A stretch of DNA of 64,000 nt from Chthonomonadales bacterium (GCA_049967475.1 JBMFSQ010000006.1:84795-148794); one strand, 5' to 3'; shown: positions 28,679-39,299, counted from the first letter of the stretch. Notes: a model not told the origin generated them from the sequence alone. A program made the numbers and translations.

Positions 28679-29934
28679 TGAGACCAAACGCATTGCGGCT
28701 GGGCTGGCTATCGTTCCTAGGGTGCATGCTGGCTGCTGCGGCAGTACGCTTTTCCCCGGTGCACCGGGCGGCTGGTGCGGTTCCGGCGGATTATCGCGTG
28801 CTTTATCTTCCGCTGGCCCGCAACCTCGTAGCTGGGAAGGGATATGTGGATGCCGCCGGGGAGTTCGTTACCCGCGTCCCTCCCGGCTACCCGTTCTACG
28901 TGGCTGCATGCCTCTCCATTGGCCGCATCTTGGGCGTGTCCGGCGACATCATGGTGGCAGCGGCAGATGTGCTCTGCGCGGGATTAGTGGGCTGGCTGTT
29001 GTGGCTCCTAGGAGCACGTCTGTGGGATGGCCAGGCGGCAGCCATTGCGGCCGGTGCCTGGGCTTTGTACCCCGTGTCCCTGTGGCTCTATTCCGCGCCG
29101 AGCACTGAGGCGCCCTATATGGTGTTCCTGATGCTGGAGCTCATTCTGGTGTTGCGGGTGGTACAGCTCTCCAAGTCTTCGCCGTGGCTCGCCTTCGCAT
29201 GTGGGGCGGTAGGAGGTGTCGGCGCCCTAATCCGGCCGTTCGCAATCGGGCTGCCGGTCTTGTTTGCCGTATGGACAGCCGTAATTCTTTGGCGCTCCGG
29301 CAGGTCCACTGCCATGGCGCTGGCAACCTTGATGTTGCTGGGTTACGCCGTGTCCGTGGCTCCCTGGGAGGCCTTTGCCTATGCACGCACGGGCCGCGTA
29401 ATCCCGCTCAGTACGGCAGGGGCTCCTACGATGCGCGATGGCCTCACCTTTGCCGTAAACCCGAAGGCCTATCGGCGAGGTGTAAACGTGCCTCCCGGCA
29501 TCCTGCAGGTGATGGCCGACATCCGCAGGGCTACGACGGACAGGGACACGCCCGGCCACATTCTTGGCGTTGTCGCAAATGAATTCGGACGTCAGCCGCT
29601 GCGGGTAACAGGATTGATCCTTTTAAAAGTCGCTCGGTCGTTCTACGGCACCGATAGTCAGCGCCATGAGGCGGCAGCCTTCATGATCCAGGTTCTGTGT
29701 CTCGTTGCTTTAGGTGCCTCCTGGATGCGCGCTCGCCGAACGAGCGTGGACGCGCGCCGCGCAGCCGAATTGACTGCAGTCATCGTTATCTATTCCTTGG
29801 CGATGGACGTGCTGGGAGCCAGCATCGCGAGGTATATCGTCCCGGCCCTCCTGCCGGGCTTCCTTCTGCTTCCTGCGCTGTGGCTCCGCCGCACCAGGTC
29901 AACGGAAGGCGCCGGAGGGGACGCGCGTGCCTGA
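28675..29934 (+). CDS. ArnT/PMT-like GT-C membrane glycosyltransferase
   Basis: D...Y..LA.NL..G.GY, 'R.PPGYP', TE, 'LIRP', terminal RY..P; multi-TM. Confidence 0.7.
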   Translation: MMRPNALRLGWLSFLGCMLAAAAVRFSPVHRAAGAVPADYRVLYLPLARNLVAGKGYVDAAGEFVTRVPPGYPFYVAACLSIGRILGVSGDIMVAAADVLCAGLVGWLLWLLGARLWDGQAAAIAAGAWALYPVSLWLYSAPSTEAPYMVFLMLELILVLRVVQLSKSSPWLAFACGAVGGVGALIRPFAIGLPVLFAVWTAVILWRSGRSTAMALATLMLLGYAVSVAPWEAFAYARTGRVIPLSTAGAPTMRDGLTFAVNPKAYRRGVNVPPGILQVMADIRRATTDRDTPGHILGVVANEFGRQPLRVTGLILLKVARSFYGTDSQRHEAAAFMIQVLCLVALGASWMRARRTSVDARRAAELTAVIVIYSLAMDVLGASIARYIVPALLPGFLLLPALWLRRTRSTEGAGGDARA

Positions 29935-31606
29935 GACTGCAGGAGCATCAAGGGCGCCTTGCAACGCAGTGCCAACAGCCGGGGGGCGGGTGGCGTGGCT
30001 GCCCTATGTTCTTTTCGGGCTCTTCTCTATAGCGCTAAGTGTCGGCTTCTATCTGGATGGAATGCACGCCCAATGGTCTGCTTTGAGCGGTGACCAGATC
30101 AACATCCTCACGATTTGTGCGGCGCAGGACCACCCCGGTATGATGGAGGGAGATGAAATCGCCGGTCGGCCGGGGATCCTGAACTACTACATTCCGTTCT
30201 TCGTTCGGCTTGTGCGGCTTGCGTCGCTGCCCGATCACAACTATCTCCGCGGCCTCAATCTCCTGCTCTTCGCCACGAGCATAGCCTATCTGTGGGGATG
30301 GTGGCTTCTATTCCGCCAGTGGGCGCCGCCTGTTGTGGCGGGCCTGTGTGCCTTCCTTGTGCGAGGTATCGTGTGGCTTCCAGGCAACGAAGTGTGGGGC
30401 ATCGCCGGCATTTGGTCTATGCTGCCCCGAACGCTTTTCCTGGCCATGGTGCCGTGGGTTTTGCTCTTTTGGCTGTGGGGTCGTACGTCGGATGGACGCT
30501 GGTACGCGTGTGCGTTGGTGGCGGGATGCCTGGTGAATGTGCATCCCATCAGCGGTCTTGCGTTTGTGGGAGGATTGTTGGCGGCTGAGGCTGCGTACAG
30601 TGCCGGCGAGGGGCGCAGCCTGAGCGCTGTAGCGCGGCGGATGGCGGGCGGCGCGGCAGCTTCAGCGGCCGGGATGGCGCCATACGTGTGGGTCTATTTC
30701 AATTCGCGCGGCTCGCTCCACGGCGTGTCTTCTGCCGAGTTGGATGCGGCGCTTGCCATGCGCATAACGAGCCGCCTCCGGTCTGCGCGAGAGTACCTGA
30801 AAGATTGGGTGCGTCCCAAGGTCCTCTTTCTCGTCGTGGCTCCCTGGATCGCGGTTTGGTTCGCTTTGGGCGACGACCGGACGAGCCGGCGTCCGTTCCT
30901 GTTAGCTTTGGCGTCCCTGGCCGCAGGATGCCTTTTGGTGGCCTTCGGTTCCGTGGGGCTAGAACGCCTGTTGGCCGCAGTTTCCATCCGGACGCACATG
31001 GCGTACGAGCTGATCCGCGGAGCAAAGTATGTGCTTCTTCCATCGTACCTGGTGGCGGTTGTGGCCCTGGGCCGATGGACCGCGGCGATTGGTCGAACCC
31101 GTCGCGGGCGCGAAGCCCTCGTCGGCATAGTGTGGGTTGTGCTCATGCTTACACTCTTTTCGCGCCAACCCGTGTTCAATAGGGTGCCCATCCTTCAGGA
31201 CGATGCCGTCCGCATGCTCTGGCCGGACTGCGTCCCCCCGCCGTTCCTTTACGGTTGGGAGAAGAAGACCATGGATCCCGCTCTTGCCTGGATCCGTCGA
31301 AATACGCCTCCCGGGTCACGCTTCGTGGGCCCCAGCGCCATCCGACCTGCGTGCCTTCGTCCGGTGATCCACGATTGGGCTGCTTCCACGATGCTGGTGC
31401 AGGGCGATCCCGTAGGCTTCGTGCAGGCTGCTCGCCGGGAACAGGCGCGGCGGAGAGCGATCCGTTTAGGGCCCGGCGCTCAGGCGAGGCTCTACCAAAG
31501 CTGGGGCGGGCAATACTGGATGACACGGCGGCAGTGGCCTGGCCATAAGCCCCTCTATGCCGACACTGTTTGGCGCATTTACGACTTGAGCGGAGAGGCT
31601 TCGTGA
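29927..31606 (+). CDS. Multi-pass membrane protein, probable GT-C fold
   Basis: Many TM segments, 'DHP....D', 'NVHPISG', C-terminal 'WIRRNTPPGSRF' extracytoplasmic domain. Confidence 0.5.
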   Translation: MPETAGASRAPCNAVPTAGGRVAWLPYVLFGLFSIALSVGFYLDGMHAQWSALSGDQINILTICAAQDHPGMMEGDEIAGRPGILNYYIPFFVRLVRLASLPDHNYLRGLNLLLFATSIAYLWGWWLLFRQWAPPVVAGLCAFLVRGIVWLPGNEVWGIAGIWSMLPRTLFLAMVPWVLLFWLWGRTSDGRWYACALVAGCLVNVHPISGLAFVGGLLAAEAAYSAGEGRSLSAVARRMAGGAAASAAGMAPYVWVYFNSRGSLHGVSSAELDAALAMRITSRLRSAREYLKDWVRPKVLFLVVAPWIAVWFALGDDRTSRRPFLLALASLAAGCLLVAFGSVGLERLLAAVSIRTHMAYELIRGAKYVLLPSYLVAVVALGRWTAAIGRTRRGREALVGIVWVVLMLTLFSRQPVFNRVPILQDDAVRMLWPDCVPPPFLYGWEKKTMDPALAWIRRNTPPGSRFVGPSAIRPACLRPVIHDWAASTMLVQGDPVGFVQAARREQARRRAIRLGPGAQARLYQSWGGQYWMTRRQWPGHKPLYADTVWRIYDLSGEAS

Positions 31607-32733
31607 AGTTGGCGGGTGGGGTCGGCCCCGGTTCGGGCGGCAGGGTGGGAGCCGAAGGCTTCGATGCCGATGCACCCAAGCCTACTCTTTGCCTCATAGG
31701 ACCGATGCTCGGCCGAAACCCCGGGTGGGTAACTACGCCGGGTGAGATCCTCACCGATCTGTTTCGTAATCTGGGCTACCCGGTTATATCCGTGTCGTCG
31801 ATCCCCAACCGCCTGCTCCGGCTAGCAGATATTGTGCGGACGCTGGTGCGCCGCCACCGCAACATTCACCTTGCCATGCTTCAGGTGTACAGCGGCCCAA
31901 GCTTCGTAGTAGAGGATATTGCCAGCCGCATTTGCTCGTGGTTCCGCATTCCCGTGGTGATGGTTCTGCACGGCGGAGCCATGCCTGCTTTTATGGCGAA
32001 ATATCCCCAATGGACAACGAGGGTCCTCTCACGGGCGGAAGTGCTCGTAGCGCCTTCAGCCTATTTGGCTCGGCCCATGCGGGAACGCGGGATGCCGGTT
32101 CAGGTAATCCCCAATCTCATCGAATTGCAGAATTACCCCTTCCGGGTGCGGAGCTGCCTGAAACCGCGCCTACTGTGGATGCGCACATTTCACCCGATCT
32201 ACAATCCGGCGATGGCGATCCGTGCCTTTGCGCAGGTAAAGCGAAGGCATCCCGATGCAACGCTCGTAATGGCCGGCCAGGAGAAGGGATTGGGCGCGGC
32301 TGTGCGGAAGATGGTGCATGAGCTTGGGCTCGATGACGCGGTTCGCTTCCCAGGCTTCCTGGACGGGCCCGCGAAGGCGCGCGAAGGCAACGCAGCCGAT
32401 ATCTTTCTCAACACCAATCACATTGACAACATGCCGGTGTCGGTTCTGGAGGCTTGCGCCATGGGGCTCCCCGTCGTCGCCACTGCCGTAGGCGGCGTGC
32501 CCGACCTGCTGACGGACGGCAGCACAGGGCTTCTGGTGTCCGATGACGATTGGGCTGCCATGGCCGAGGCGGTCGAGCGGTTGCTGACAGACGAGGCGTT
32601 GGCGGAACGTCTCAGCCGCAACGGACGGAGGTTGGCCGAGGCTTCGGCATGGGATCATGTGCGCCCTCAATGGGAGAAGCTCATCCGGACCTTCGCTAAG
32701 GTTCCCGGTGCCTCTGTGAAAGAGGGCGGCTGA
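31603..32733 (+). CDS. Glycosyltransferase family 4
   Basis: LHGG, WMR.F...YNP, 'DNMPVSVLEACAMGLPVV', VGGVP. Confidence 0.88.
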   Translation: MKLAGGVGPGSGGRVGAEGFDADAPKPTLCLIGPMLGRNPGWVTTPGEILTDLFRNLGYPVISVSSIPNRLLRLADIVRTLVRRHRNIHLAMLQVYSGPSFVVEDIASRICSWFRIPVVMVLHGGAMPAFMAKYPQWTTRVLSRAEVLVAPSAYLARPMRERGMPVQVIPNLIELQNYPFRVRSCLKPRLLWMRTFHPIYNPAMAIRAFAQVKRRHPDATLVMAGQEKGLGAAVRKMVHELGLDDAVRFPGFLDGPAKAREGNAADIFLNTNHIDNMPVSVLEACAMGLPVVATAVGGVPDLLTDGSTGLLVSDDDWAAMAEAVERLLTDEALAERLSRNGRRLAEASAWDHVRPQWEKLIRTFAKVPGASVKEGG

Positions 32734-32745
32734 AAGGCGCGGGCA

Positions 32746-34611
32746 ATGTGCGGGATATGCGGGATCGTTGGAGCAGAACCGTTCCAAATAAGCGAGGATC
32801 GGCTGATTGCCATGCGCGATGCGATGGTGCACCGCGGACCCGACGACGCTGGAGTGTACCATAGGGCGGGCGTGGGACTGGCATCGCGCCGGCTTGCGAT
32901 CCTGGATCTTTCAGAACGCGGCAGGATGCCCATGTCCACCCCCGATGGTCGCTACACCATCGTGTACAACGGAGAGGTTTACAACTTCAGAGAACTGCGG
33001 GCGACGCTGGAGAGCAAGGGAGTGCGCTTCAGATCGCAGACGGATACGGAAGTTCTGCTGCATCTTTACCGCGAGGAAGGCCCGGGCATGCTCCATCGCC
33101 TCAACGGAATGTTTGCCCTGGCCATCTGGGATGCACGCGAGCGGACGCTGTTTTTGGCTCGTGATCGCTTAGGCATCAAGCCGCTTGTATACGCCATCCA
33201 GGACGGCGTCCTCTTTTTCGCCTCAGAAGAGAAAGCCCTTTTCGCCGCGAGCATCCGGCCGGAGTTTGACGCGGACACGTGGGAGGAACTTCTTCTCTTT
33301 CGGTATGTGGCCGGCGAGCGGACTCCATACAAGGGGGTGCGCCGGCTCCTTCCTGGACACACTGCAGTGTGGCGCGACGGCATCCTCACGACGCACCGGT
33401 ATTGGCACCTGGCCGAGGCTGCCGACAGGCGCTCTTCTCACATGGGACCTGTGGCGGATTGGTTCCGGAACGTATTCGACAGCGCCGTGGACCTGCGCCG
33501 CATCAGCGATGTTCCGGTGGGTGTGTTGCTGAGCGGCGGCCTCGATTCTGCAAGCGTTGCCGCATCGCTCGCCCGGCAAGTGGGAGGATCTATCAACAGC
33601 TTCACGGTACGGTTCGCCGATGAAGGATACGACGAAGGGGTTCTGGCCAAGGCAGTGGCAGAGCGCTGGAACCTGGCCTACCACGACCTGTTCGTTTCCG
33701 AAGCATCTTTGTGGGGCCGGATCCAGCAAGCGGCTTGGCTCAACGATGCTCCGCCGGCCCACGGGAGTGATTTATTCGTCCATGCCATCTCGGAGTACGC
33801 CAAGCCCCGCGTCACTGTGTTGCTCTCCGGAGAAGGAGCCGATGAAGTATTGGGAGGGTATGTTCGGTACCGGCCTCTGGCCAAACCGGGCGTCATGACC
33901 TGCCTGAGACCGTCGCTCACACGTGCTGCCGCAGCCTTTCAATTGAACGGCCGTGTCGGGAAGCTGGCGCGCTTCTTGAGCCTGGGCAATATGCGGCAGT
34001 TCGTTTTCTACAACGCGTGCGACGTATTGCCGGCAGACCTGCGCCGTATGGGCATGGAGCCGCGAGGCCGGTTCGAATACCGTGAGAGCGTTCTGGCCGA
34101 GGCGGAACACCTCTATCCTGCAGATTATGTCCGGCAAGCCATGTATCTGGACCAGCATACGTTCCTTTGCTCGCTGCTGGATCGCAACGACAGGATGACG
34201 ATGGGAGCTTCCATCGAGTGCCGGGTGCCCTTCTTGGACTACAGACTGGTGGAAGTTCTGGCCTCGCTGCCCTCGGAGGTGGTAGGGGACGGCAATAAAC
34301 GGCTGCTGCGTGAGGCTTTGGGAAGCCGCCTTCCCGCAGCCGTTCTGCGCGGGCGCAAATGGGGCTTTGCTGTGCCGTGGAGCCGTTATCTGCGGCATGT
34401 GCCGGAGCTCCGAACTCTCGTGCAGGAGATGCCGAACATGGAGCCCGTCCGAAGTGGTCCGCTCGATACTGCCCGCGTGCGCAGCGCCGTGGAAGCGTTC
34501 CTGCGCGGCAGTTCTCATGATGCGGCTCTCGTTCAGGAGCTGGCCATGATTACAGTATGGTATCAACGGTGCGTCGCCGGGCACCGCGCGTCGGCCGCAT
34601 TTCGCTCGTAA
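32746..34611 (+). CDS. asnB: Asparagine synthase-like glutamine amidotransferase (copy 2)
   Basis: MCGI, HRGPD, RDRLGIKPL, LSGGLDS, LSGEGADE, RVPFLD. Confidence 0.93.
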   Translation: MCGICGIVGAEPFQISEDRLIAMRDAMVHRGPDDAGVYHRAGVGLASRRLAILDLSERGRMPMSTPDGRYTIVYNGEVYNFRELRATLESKGVRFRSQTDTEVLLHLYREEGPGMLHRLNGMFALAIWDARERTLFLARDRLGIKPLVYAIQDGVLFFASEEKALFAASIRPEFDADTWEELLLFRYVAGERTPYKGVRRLLPGHTAVWRDGILTTHRYWHLAEAADRRSSHMGPVADWFRNVFDSAVDLRRISDVPVGVLLSGGLDSASVAASLARQVGGSINSFTVRFADEGYDEGVLAKAVAERWNLAYHDLFVSEASLWGRIQQAAWLNDAPPAHGSDLFVHAISEYAKPRVTVLLSGEGADEVLGGYVRYRPLAKPGVMTCLRPSLTRAAAAFQLNGRVGKLARFLSLGNMRQFVFYNACDVLPADLRRMGMEPRGRFEYRESVLAEAEHLYPADYVRQAMYLDQHTFLCSLLDRNDRMTMGASIECRVPFLDYRLVEVLASLPSEVVGDGNKRLLREALGSRLPAAVLRGRKWGFAVPWSRYLRHVPELRTLVQEMPNMEPVRSGPLDTARVRSAVEAFLRGSSHDAALVQELAMITVWYQRCVAGHRASAAFRS

Positions 34612-34649
34612 CTCCCGGTTCCTCCCTTTAGCCGTCCGAGCCGTTCCGC

Positions 34650-36050
34650 ATGGCAAATGTTCTGCTGAGCCTCTATCATCGTATGCCCCCCGTTGCAAAG
34701 TCTTGGGTGGCTTCGTGGCGCGGCAGGCAGCTTTGGTCTCTGCGGTATGGCGCAGACACCGATGCTATAGTGAAAGCCGCCCTTGACCGGGAAAGCTGGT
34801 CGCCGCAAGAGTGGCGCGCCTATCAGGAAGAGCGGCTAAGGTATATGCTGCGCCTTGCGAGGGAACATGTGGGTTACTACCGGGCCTACTGGGACGAGAG
34901 CCGCCGGCACAAGGAGGGAGCGTCACCGGAAGAACTCAACCATTGGCCCATACTCCGGAAGGAGGAAGTGCGCAGGGAACCCGGCGCGTTCAGAGTGGAG
35001 GGCCTTTCCCGCCGCGGCATTCAATGTGTGCATACCAGTGGAAGCACAGGCACCCCTTTGGCATTGTGGCGGGACCGCGCTGCCAACCGGCAGTGGTATG
35101 GGCTTTTCGAGGCGCGGGTGCGACGGTGGCATGGGCTCTCTCGCATGGACAGGTGGGCGATTATCGGCGGGCAGCTCGTAACCCCGATAGAACAGAAGCA
35201 TCCGCCCTTTTGGGTGTGGAACGCAGGGCTGAGACAGCTCTATCTATCGGCCTATCATCTTGCCCCGGGCACCGCTAAGGATTACGCCCGAGCCTTGGGA
35301 GAATACAGGGTACGGTATCTTTACGGATACGCATCCGCCCTCTATGCGCTGGCTGAACTCCTGAATTCCGAATGTATTGCTCCTCCGCAGCTTAGTGCGG
35401 TCATCAGCAATGCGGAGCCGCTGTACGCTCATCAGCGCGAGGTTCTCGCCCGCGTGTTTGGATGTGCCGTGCGGGACACTTACGGCACCGCCGAGATGAT
35501 GCCCGCGGCGAGCGAATGCGAAGCGGGAACGCTGCACCTTTGGCCGGAGGCATGCGTGCTCGAGGTGCTGAGCGATGAGAGCGATGAGCCCGTGCCGCCG
35601 GGCACTGTAGGGCGCTTCGTGTGTACAGGGCTGATGAATGAGGCGATGCCCCTCATTCGGTACGAGATTGGGGATCGCGGGGCCTTGGCTCCAGATGATT
35701 TCATCTGCCCGTGTGGGAGGCGGCTTCCCGCCCTCCTCACCGTGGAAGGTCGCCTGGACGACGTGATTTTCACCCCGGACGGCCGCCGCATCGGCAGGTT
35801 GGACCCGGTCTTCAAGGCGGATTTGCCCATTACCGAGGCGCAGATCATTCAGGAGGATGCCCGCCGGCTCGTGGTGCGGTATGTTCCTGCTTTAGGCTTC
35901 AAGCCGCATCACGCGGAGGAGATTGCGGAACGCCTCCGCCAGCGTGTGGGTGAAATGGCAATTCACCTGGAACCCACCCGATCCATCCCGCGGGGAGCGA
36001 ACGGCAAATTCCGTACGGTGATCAACCGAATGACGCGGCCCGCGGAGTAG
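34650..36050 (+). CDS. Phenylacetate-CoA ligase family / CapK-like adenylating enzyme
   Basis: TSGSTGTP, YG.AE, MPLIRYEIGD, GRLDD, NGKFR. Confidence 0.85.
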   Translation: MANVLLSLYHRMPPVAKSWVASWRGRQLWSLRYGADTDAIVKAALDRESWSPQEWRAYQEERLRYMLRLAREHVGYYRAYWDESRRHKEGASPEELNHWPILRKEEVRREPGAFRVEGLSRRGIQCVHTSGSTGTPLALWRDRAANRQWYGLFEARVRRWHGLSRMDRWAIIGGQLVTPIEQKHPPFWVWNAGLRQLYLSAYHLAPGTAKDYARALGEYRVRYLYGYASALYALAELLNSECIAPPQLSAVISNAEPLYAHQREVLARVFGCAVRDTYGTAEMMPAASECEAGTLHLWPEACVLEVLSDESDEPVPPGTVGRFVCTGLMNEAMPLIRYEIGDRGALAPDDFICPCGRRLPALLTVEGRLDDVIFTPDGRRIGRLDPVFKADLPITEAQIIQEDARRLVVRYVPALGFKPHHAEEIAERLRQRVGEMAIHLEPTRSIPRGANGKFRTVINRMTRPAE

Positions 36051-36058
36051 CGCCCGGA

Positions 36059-37261
36059 ATGCGTGTGCTCTATTTCTACCAGTACTTTACGACACCCAAG
36101 GGCTGTTGGAGTACGCGGGCCTATGAATTCGCGCGAAGGTGGGTGGCGTGCGGACACACCGTCACCGTCGTTACCAGCGTGTACGACAAATCGGACCTAA
36201 AGCCTCGGGGGCTCGTGTCTCGCTTCATGGTAGACGGCATCACGGTGATTGTTTTGAATGTGCGCCTCTCCAACAAGCACGGCAAACTGATGAGGATATG
36301 CACCTTTGCTGCTTATGCGTGCCTCGCGTCGTGGTATGCCCTAGTGCTTCCGGCCGACGTAGTGCTCGCCTCCTCGGGTCCCATAACGGTGGGGCTGCCG
36401 GCTCTCGTGGCCCATTATCTGCGGAGGCGCCCATTGATCTTCGAGGTGCGGGATCTATGGCCTGAGGGTGCCATTCAACTGGGGCTGCTGCGCAACCCCA
36501 TCGCCATCGTTCTCGCCCGGTGGCTGGAACGAAGCTGTTACCGCGCCGCGCGGACGGTGGTGGCCCTCTCTCCGGGGATGAAGGAGTGGATCCAGCACAG
36601 ATACGGCATCCGAAATGTAAGGGTAGTGCCCAACGCGGCAGACAACGAACAGGCCGCGCAGTCCGTGCCGCTCGAGCTGCCCTGCTGGGCTCAAGGGAAG
36701 AGCTTGGCGGTGTATGCCGGGACGTTGGGGCTTATTGACGATTGCAGCCAGATCCTGGAATGTGCCAAGGTTCTGAAGGCACGTTCCGTTGAGGATGTGG
36801 CCATCGCCATCATCGGGGATGGCCGTGAACGAGCTATGCTTCAATCCCGGGCACAGGAAGAGGGGCTGGACAACGTCCGCTTCGTAGGTCTCATCCCCAA
36901 GGAAGAGGTCATGCGGTGGCTGCTGGCGGCGAACTGCGCCCTCTTTGTGGTGCGGGATGTGCCCTTCTTGGCTACGGCGTCGCCCAATAAGGTTTTTGAT
37001 GCGCTGGCGGCAGGGGTGCCGGTGGTTCAGACCTCTCAGGGCTGGATACGGGACCTTCTGGAGCGCGAAGAGTGCGGCATCACCGTTCCGCCCAAGGATG
37101 CCGAGGCCTTGGCCGATGCGGTGGTTCGGCTTGCCCGCGACCGCGCATTGAGGGCGAGGCTCTCCCATAATGCCCGCCGGGTGGCTCAAGCTCAGTTCGA
37201 CCGCGGGCTGTTGGCCCATCAAATGTGCTCCATCCTTCTGGAGGCTGCACGAGTTCCATGA
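36059..37261 (+). CDS. Glycosyltransferase family 4 (WbuB-like)
   Basis: YQYF, EVRDLWPE, YAGTLG, 'SPNKVFDALAAGVPVV'. Confidence 0.88.
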   Translation: MRVLYFYQYFTTPKGCWSTRAYEFARRWVACGHTVTVVTSVYDKSDLKPRGLVSRFMVDGITVIVLNVRLSNKHGKLMRICTFAAYACLASWYALVLPADVVLASSGPITVGLPALVAHYLRRRPLIFEVRDLWPEGAIQLGLLRNPIAIVLARWLERSCYRAARTVVALSPGMKEWIQHRYGIRNVRVVPNAADNEQAAQSVPLELPCWAQGKSLAVYAGTLGLIDDCSQILECAKVLKARSVEDVAIAIIGDGRERAMLQSRAQEEGLDNVRFVGLIPKEEVMRWLLAANCALFVVRDVPFLATASPNKVFDALAAGVPVVQTSQGWIRDLLEREECGITVPPKDAEALADAVVRLARDRALRARLSHNARRVAQAQFDRGLLAHQMCSILLEAARVP

Positions 37262-38220
37262 GCCGAAATGCTTGGCTCGTTACAGGCGGCACCGGTTTCC
37301 TGGGCAGCCATGTGGTACCCGCACTCCAGGCTGCAGGGTGCGGAGTTATCCTTCTCGTGCCGGCCTGGGAGCAGAAAGTTCGCAGCATGGTTGGGCGCGT
37401 GCCGATCCTGATCGGCGATTTGGCGGAAGGGGATGTGCGCTTGGGCGCCGCGGAGTTCGATGTGGTGCTCCATATGGCGGGCCTCGCCCATCGAACCGCT
37501 CGCAGGGAAGAGGATGCGGCACTCTTCCACAAGGTAAATGCCGGGGGAACGTACAATCTAATGAGGGCTTTGGAACGGGCAAAGCGGGTCCCCAAAGCCT
37601 TCATTTTAGTAAGCACCGTGGCCGTATACGGGCTGGAGGCCGGCGAGCTGGTTACCGAGGATGCCCAGCGGGCGGCGGCAGACCCCTACGGTGCGAGCAA
37701 ACGCGAGGCCGAAGACGCCGTAATGCGCTGGTGCGCTCAATTCGGCGTGCGTTGCTGCATCCTGAGGCTTCCGTTGGTGGCCGGCAGGCGCCCGCCGGGG
37801 AACCTCGGGGCGATGGTGGAGGCCCTACGCAGAGGCAGATACTTCCGCATCGGGAATGGAGAGGCGCGGCGCAGTATGGTATGGGCCGAAGATGTTGGGC
37901 GCATCCTTCCCCAAGCGGCACTGGTGGAAGGAGCATACCACCTCACCGACGGATGGCATCCGAGCTTTTGTGAACTGGACGCGGCGCTCGCTCAGGCCAT
38001 GGGCCGGCGTCCGCCACGATCCGTGCCGCTGGCCGCAGCGCAACTGCTTGCCCGCGCTGCGGACGTGGCGGAACGGCTCTCAAAACGCTCACTTCCGCTT
38101 GACACGTTGAAGCTGACGAAGATGGTAAGCACACTCACATTTTCGGACCAGAAGGCTCGCAATACCCTGGGATGGTCGCCATCAGGGGTGTTGGACCACG
38201 CTGCGGAGATCGTGTCTTGA
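37258..38220 (+). CDS. NAD-dependent epimerase/4-reductase (WbpV/WbpK-like)
   Basis: TGGTGFLG, AGLAH, YGASK, LRLPLV.G, RSMV. Confidence 0.82.
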   Translation: MSRNAWLVTGGTGFLGSHVVPALQAAGCGVILLVPAWEQKVRSMVGRVPILIGDLAEGDVRLGAAEFDVVLHMAGLAHRTARREEDAALFHKVNAGGTYNLMRALERAKRVPKAFILVSTVAVYGLEAGELVTEDAQRAAADPYGASKREAEDAVMRWCAQFGVRCCILRLPLVAGRRPPGNLGAMVEALRRGRYFRIGNGEARRSMVWAEDVGRILPQAALVEGAYHLTDGWHPSFCELDAALAQAMGRRPPRSVPLAAAQLLARAADVAERLSKRSLPLDTLKLTKMVSTLTFSDQKARNTLGWSPSGVLDHAAEIVS

Positions 38221-39299
38221 CCGGGACCGCGGCGCTCCTTGTGACACTGGCTTCGGCTGCGGTTGGGGCAGTCGCAACGGGGTTTTTGTTGCCGGTGCTT
38301 CGGGCGAGCATGGTGGATATCCCCAACGAGCGTTCGTCTCACACCACGGCAACGCCGCGCGGCGGAGGGATCGGCATACTGGCGGGTGCCGTTGCCGGGC
38401 TGGTGGTGGCCGGACTGCTGGGGTGGCCGCTTCCCGGGCCGATCTTTCTTTGTGCCGTTGGCGTCGTCGCTGCAGTGGGTCTCCTGGATGATTGGTTCCG
38501 GGGGCTTCCGGTTTGGATGCGCTTGGCGGCACAGGGAGCTGCGGCAGGGCTGCTGGTTTGGCGCTGCGGGCCGGTGCCGGCTCTAATGGTGCCGGGCGTT
38601 GTTTCTGTGCCGCTGGGTCCGGCGGCGAGCGCATTCACCGTGCTGGGGATTGTGGGTGCCATCAATCTCTACAACTTTCTGGATGGAATAGATGGTTTTG
38701 CCGGGATGCAAGGGCTCGTGGCAGGCGCTGCGCTGGGGGTCGCCTTTTGGGGAAGCCCGGTTTCCGCCGTCGGATGGGCCGTTGCAGGGGCGTGCCTGGG
38801 TTTTCTTCGCTACAATTGGCGCCCAGCCAGGGTGTTTATGGGTGATGTGGGTTCCACAGCGCTGGGTATGACGTTTGGAGCTTCGCCGCTGCTGTTACCT
38901 GCCGCCCATCGGCCGGCAGCGTTGTTTGCGGTGCTCCTAGCCTTATGGTTCTTTGTGTCCGACGGAGTATTTACGTTGGTGCGTCGCTTGTTGCGCGGCG
39001 AACGGGTGTGGCAGGCGCACCGATCGCACCTGTACCAGCGGCTGGTAGCTACCGGATTGCGCCACGACCAATTGGTGATCACTGTGATGGCGCCGGCAGC
39101 CCTTCTGGCGGGCTGTGGTGCCGCCGGCTGCCGGCTGCACGCTGCAGGAGTTTGCGCGGCAGCCGGCGGCGCAGCGGTTGCCGCCTTTGGAGCCTACTGG
39201 CTGTGGACGATCAGCCGGGAGGTCAGTGCGCTCGGGATTAAGCGATTGAGCAGAACGGACCGTCAGGTTGACACATCGCCCGCTCGGCGGGTACAGTAG
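38217..39299 (+). CDS. MraY/WecA-family initiating polyprenyl-phosphate HexNAc-1-P transferase (WbpL-like)
   Basis: DIPNERSSH, TPRGGG, GLLDD, NLYNFLDGIDG, FMGDVGS, AHRSHLYQ; start uncertain. Confidence 0.9.
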   Translation: MTGTAALLVTLASAAVGAVATGFLLPVLRASMVDIPNERSSHTTATPRGGGIGILAGAVAGLVVAGLLGWPLPGPIFLCAVGVVAAVGLLDDWFRGLPVWMRLAAQGAAAGLLVWRCGPVPALMVPGVVSVPLGPAASAFTVLGIVGAINLYNFLDGIDGFAGMQGLVAGAALGVAFWGSPVSAVGWAVAGACLGFLRYNWRPARVFMGDVGSTALGMTFGASPLLLPAAHRPAALFAVLLALWFFVSDGVFTLVRRLLRGERVWQAHRSHLYQRLVATGLRHDQLVITVMAPAALLAGCGAAGCRLHAAGVCAAAGGAAVAAFGAYWLWTISREVSALGIKRLSRTDRQVDTSPARRVQ

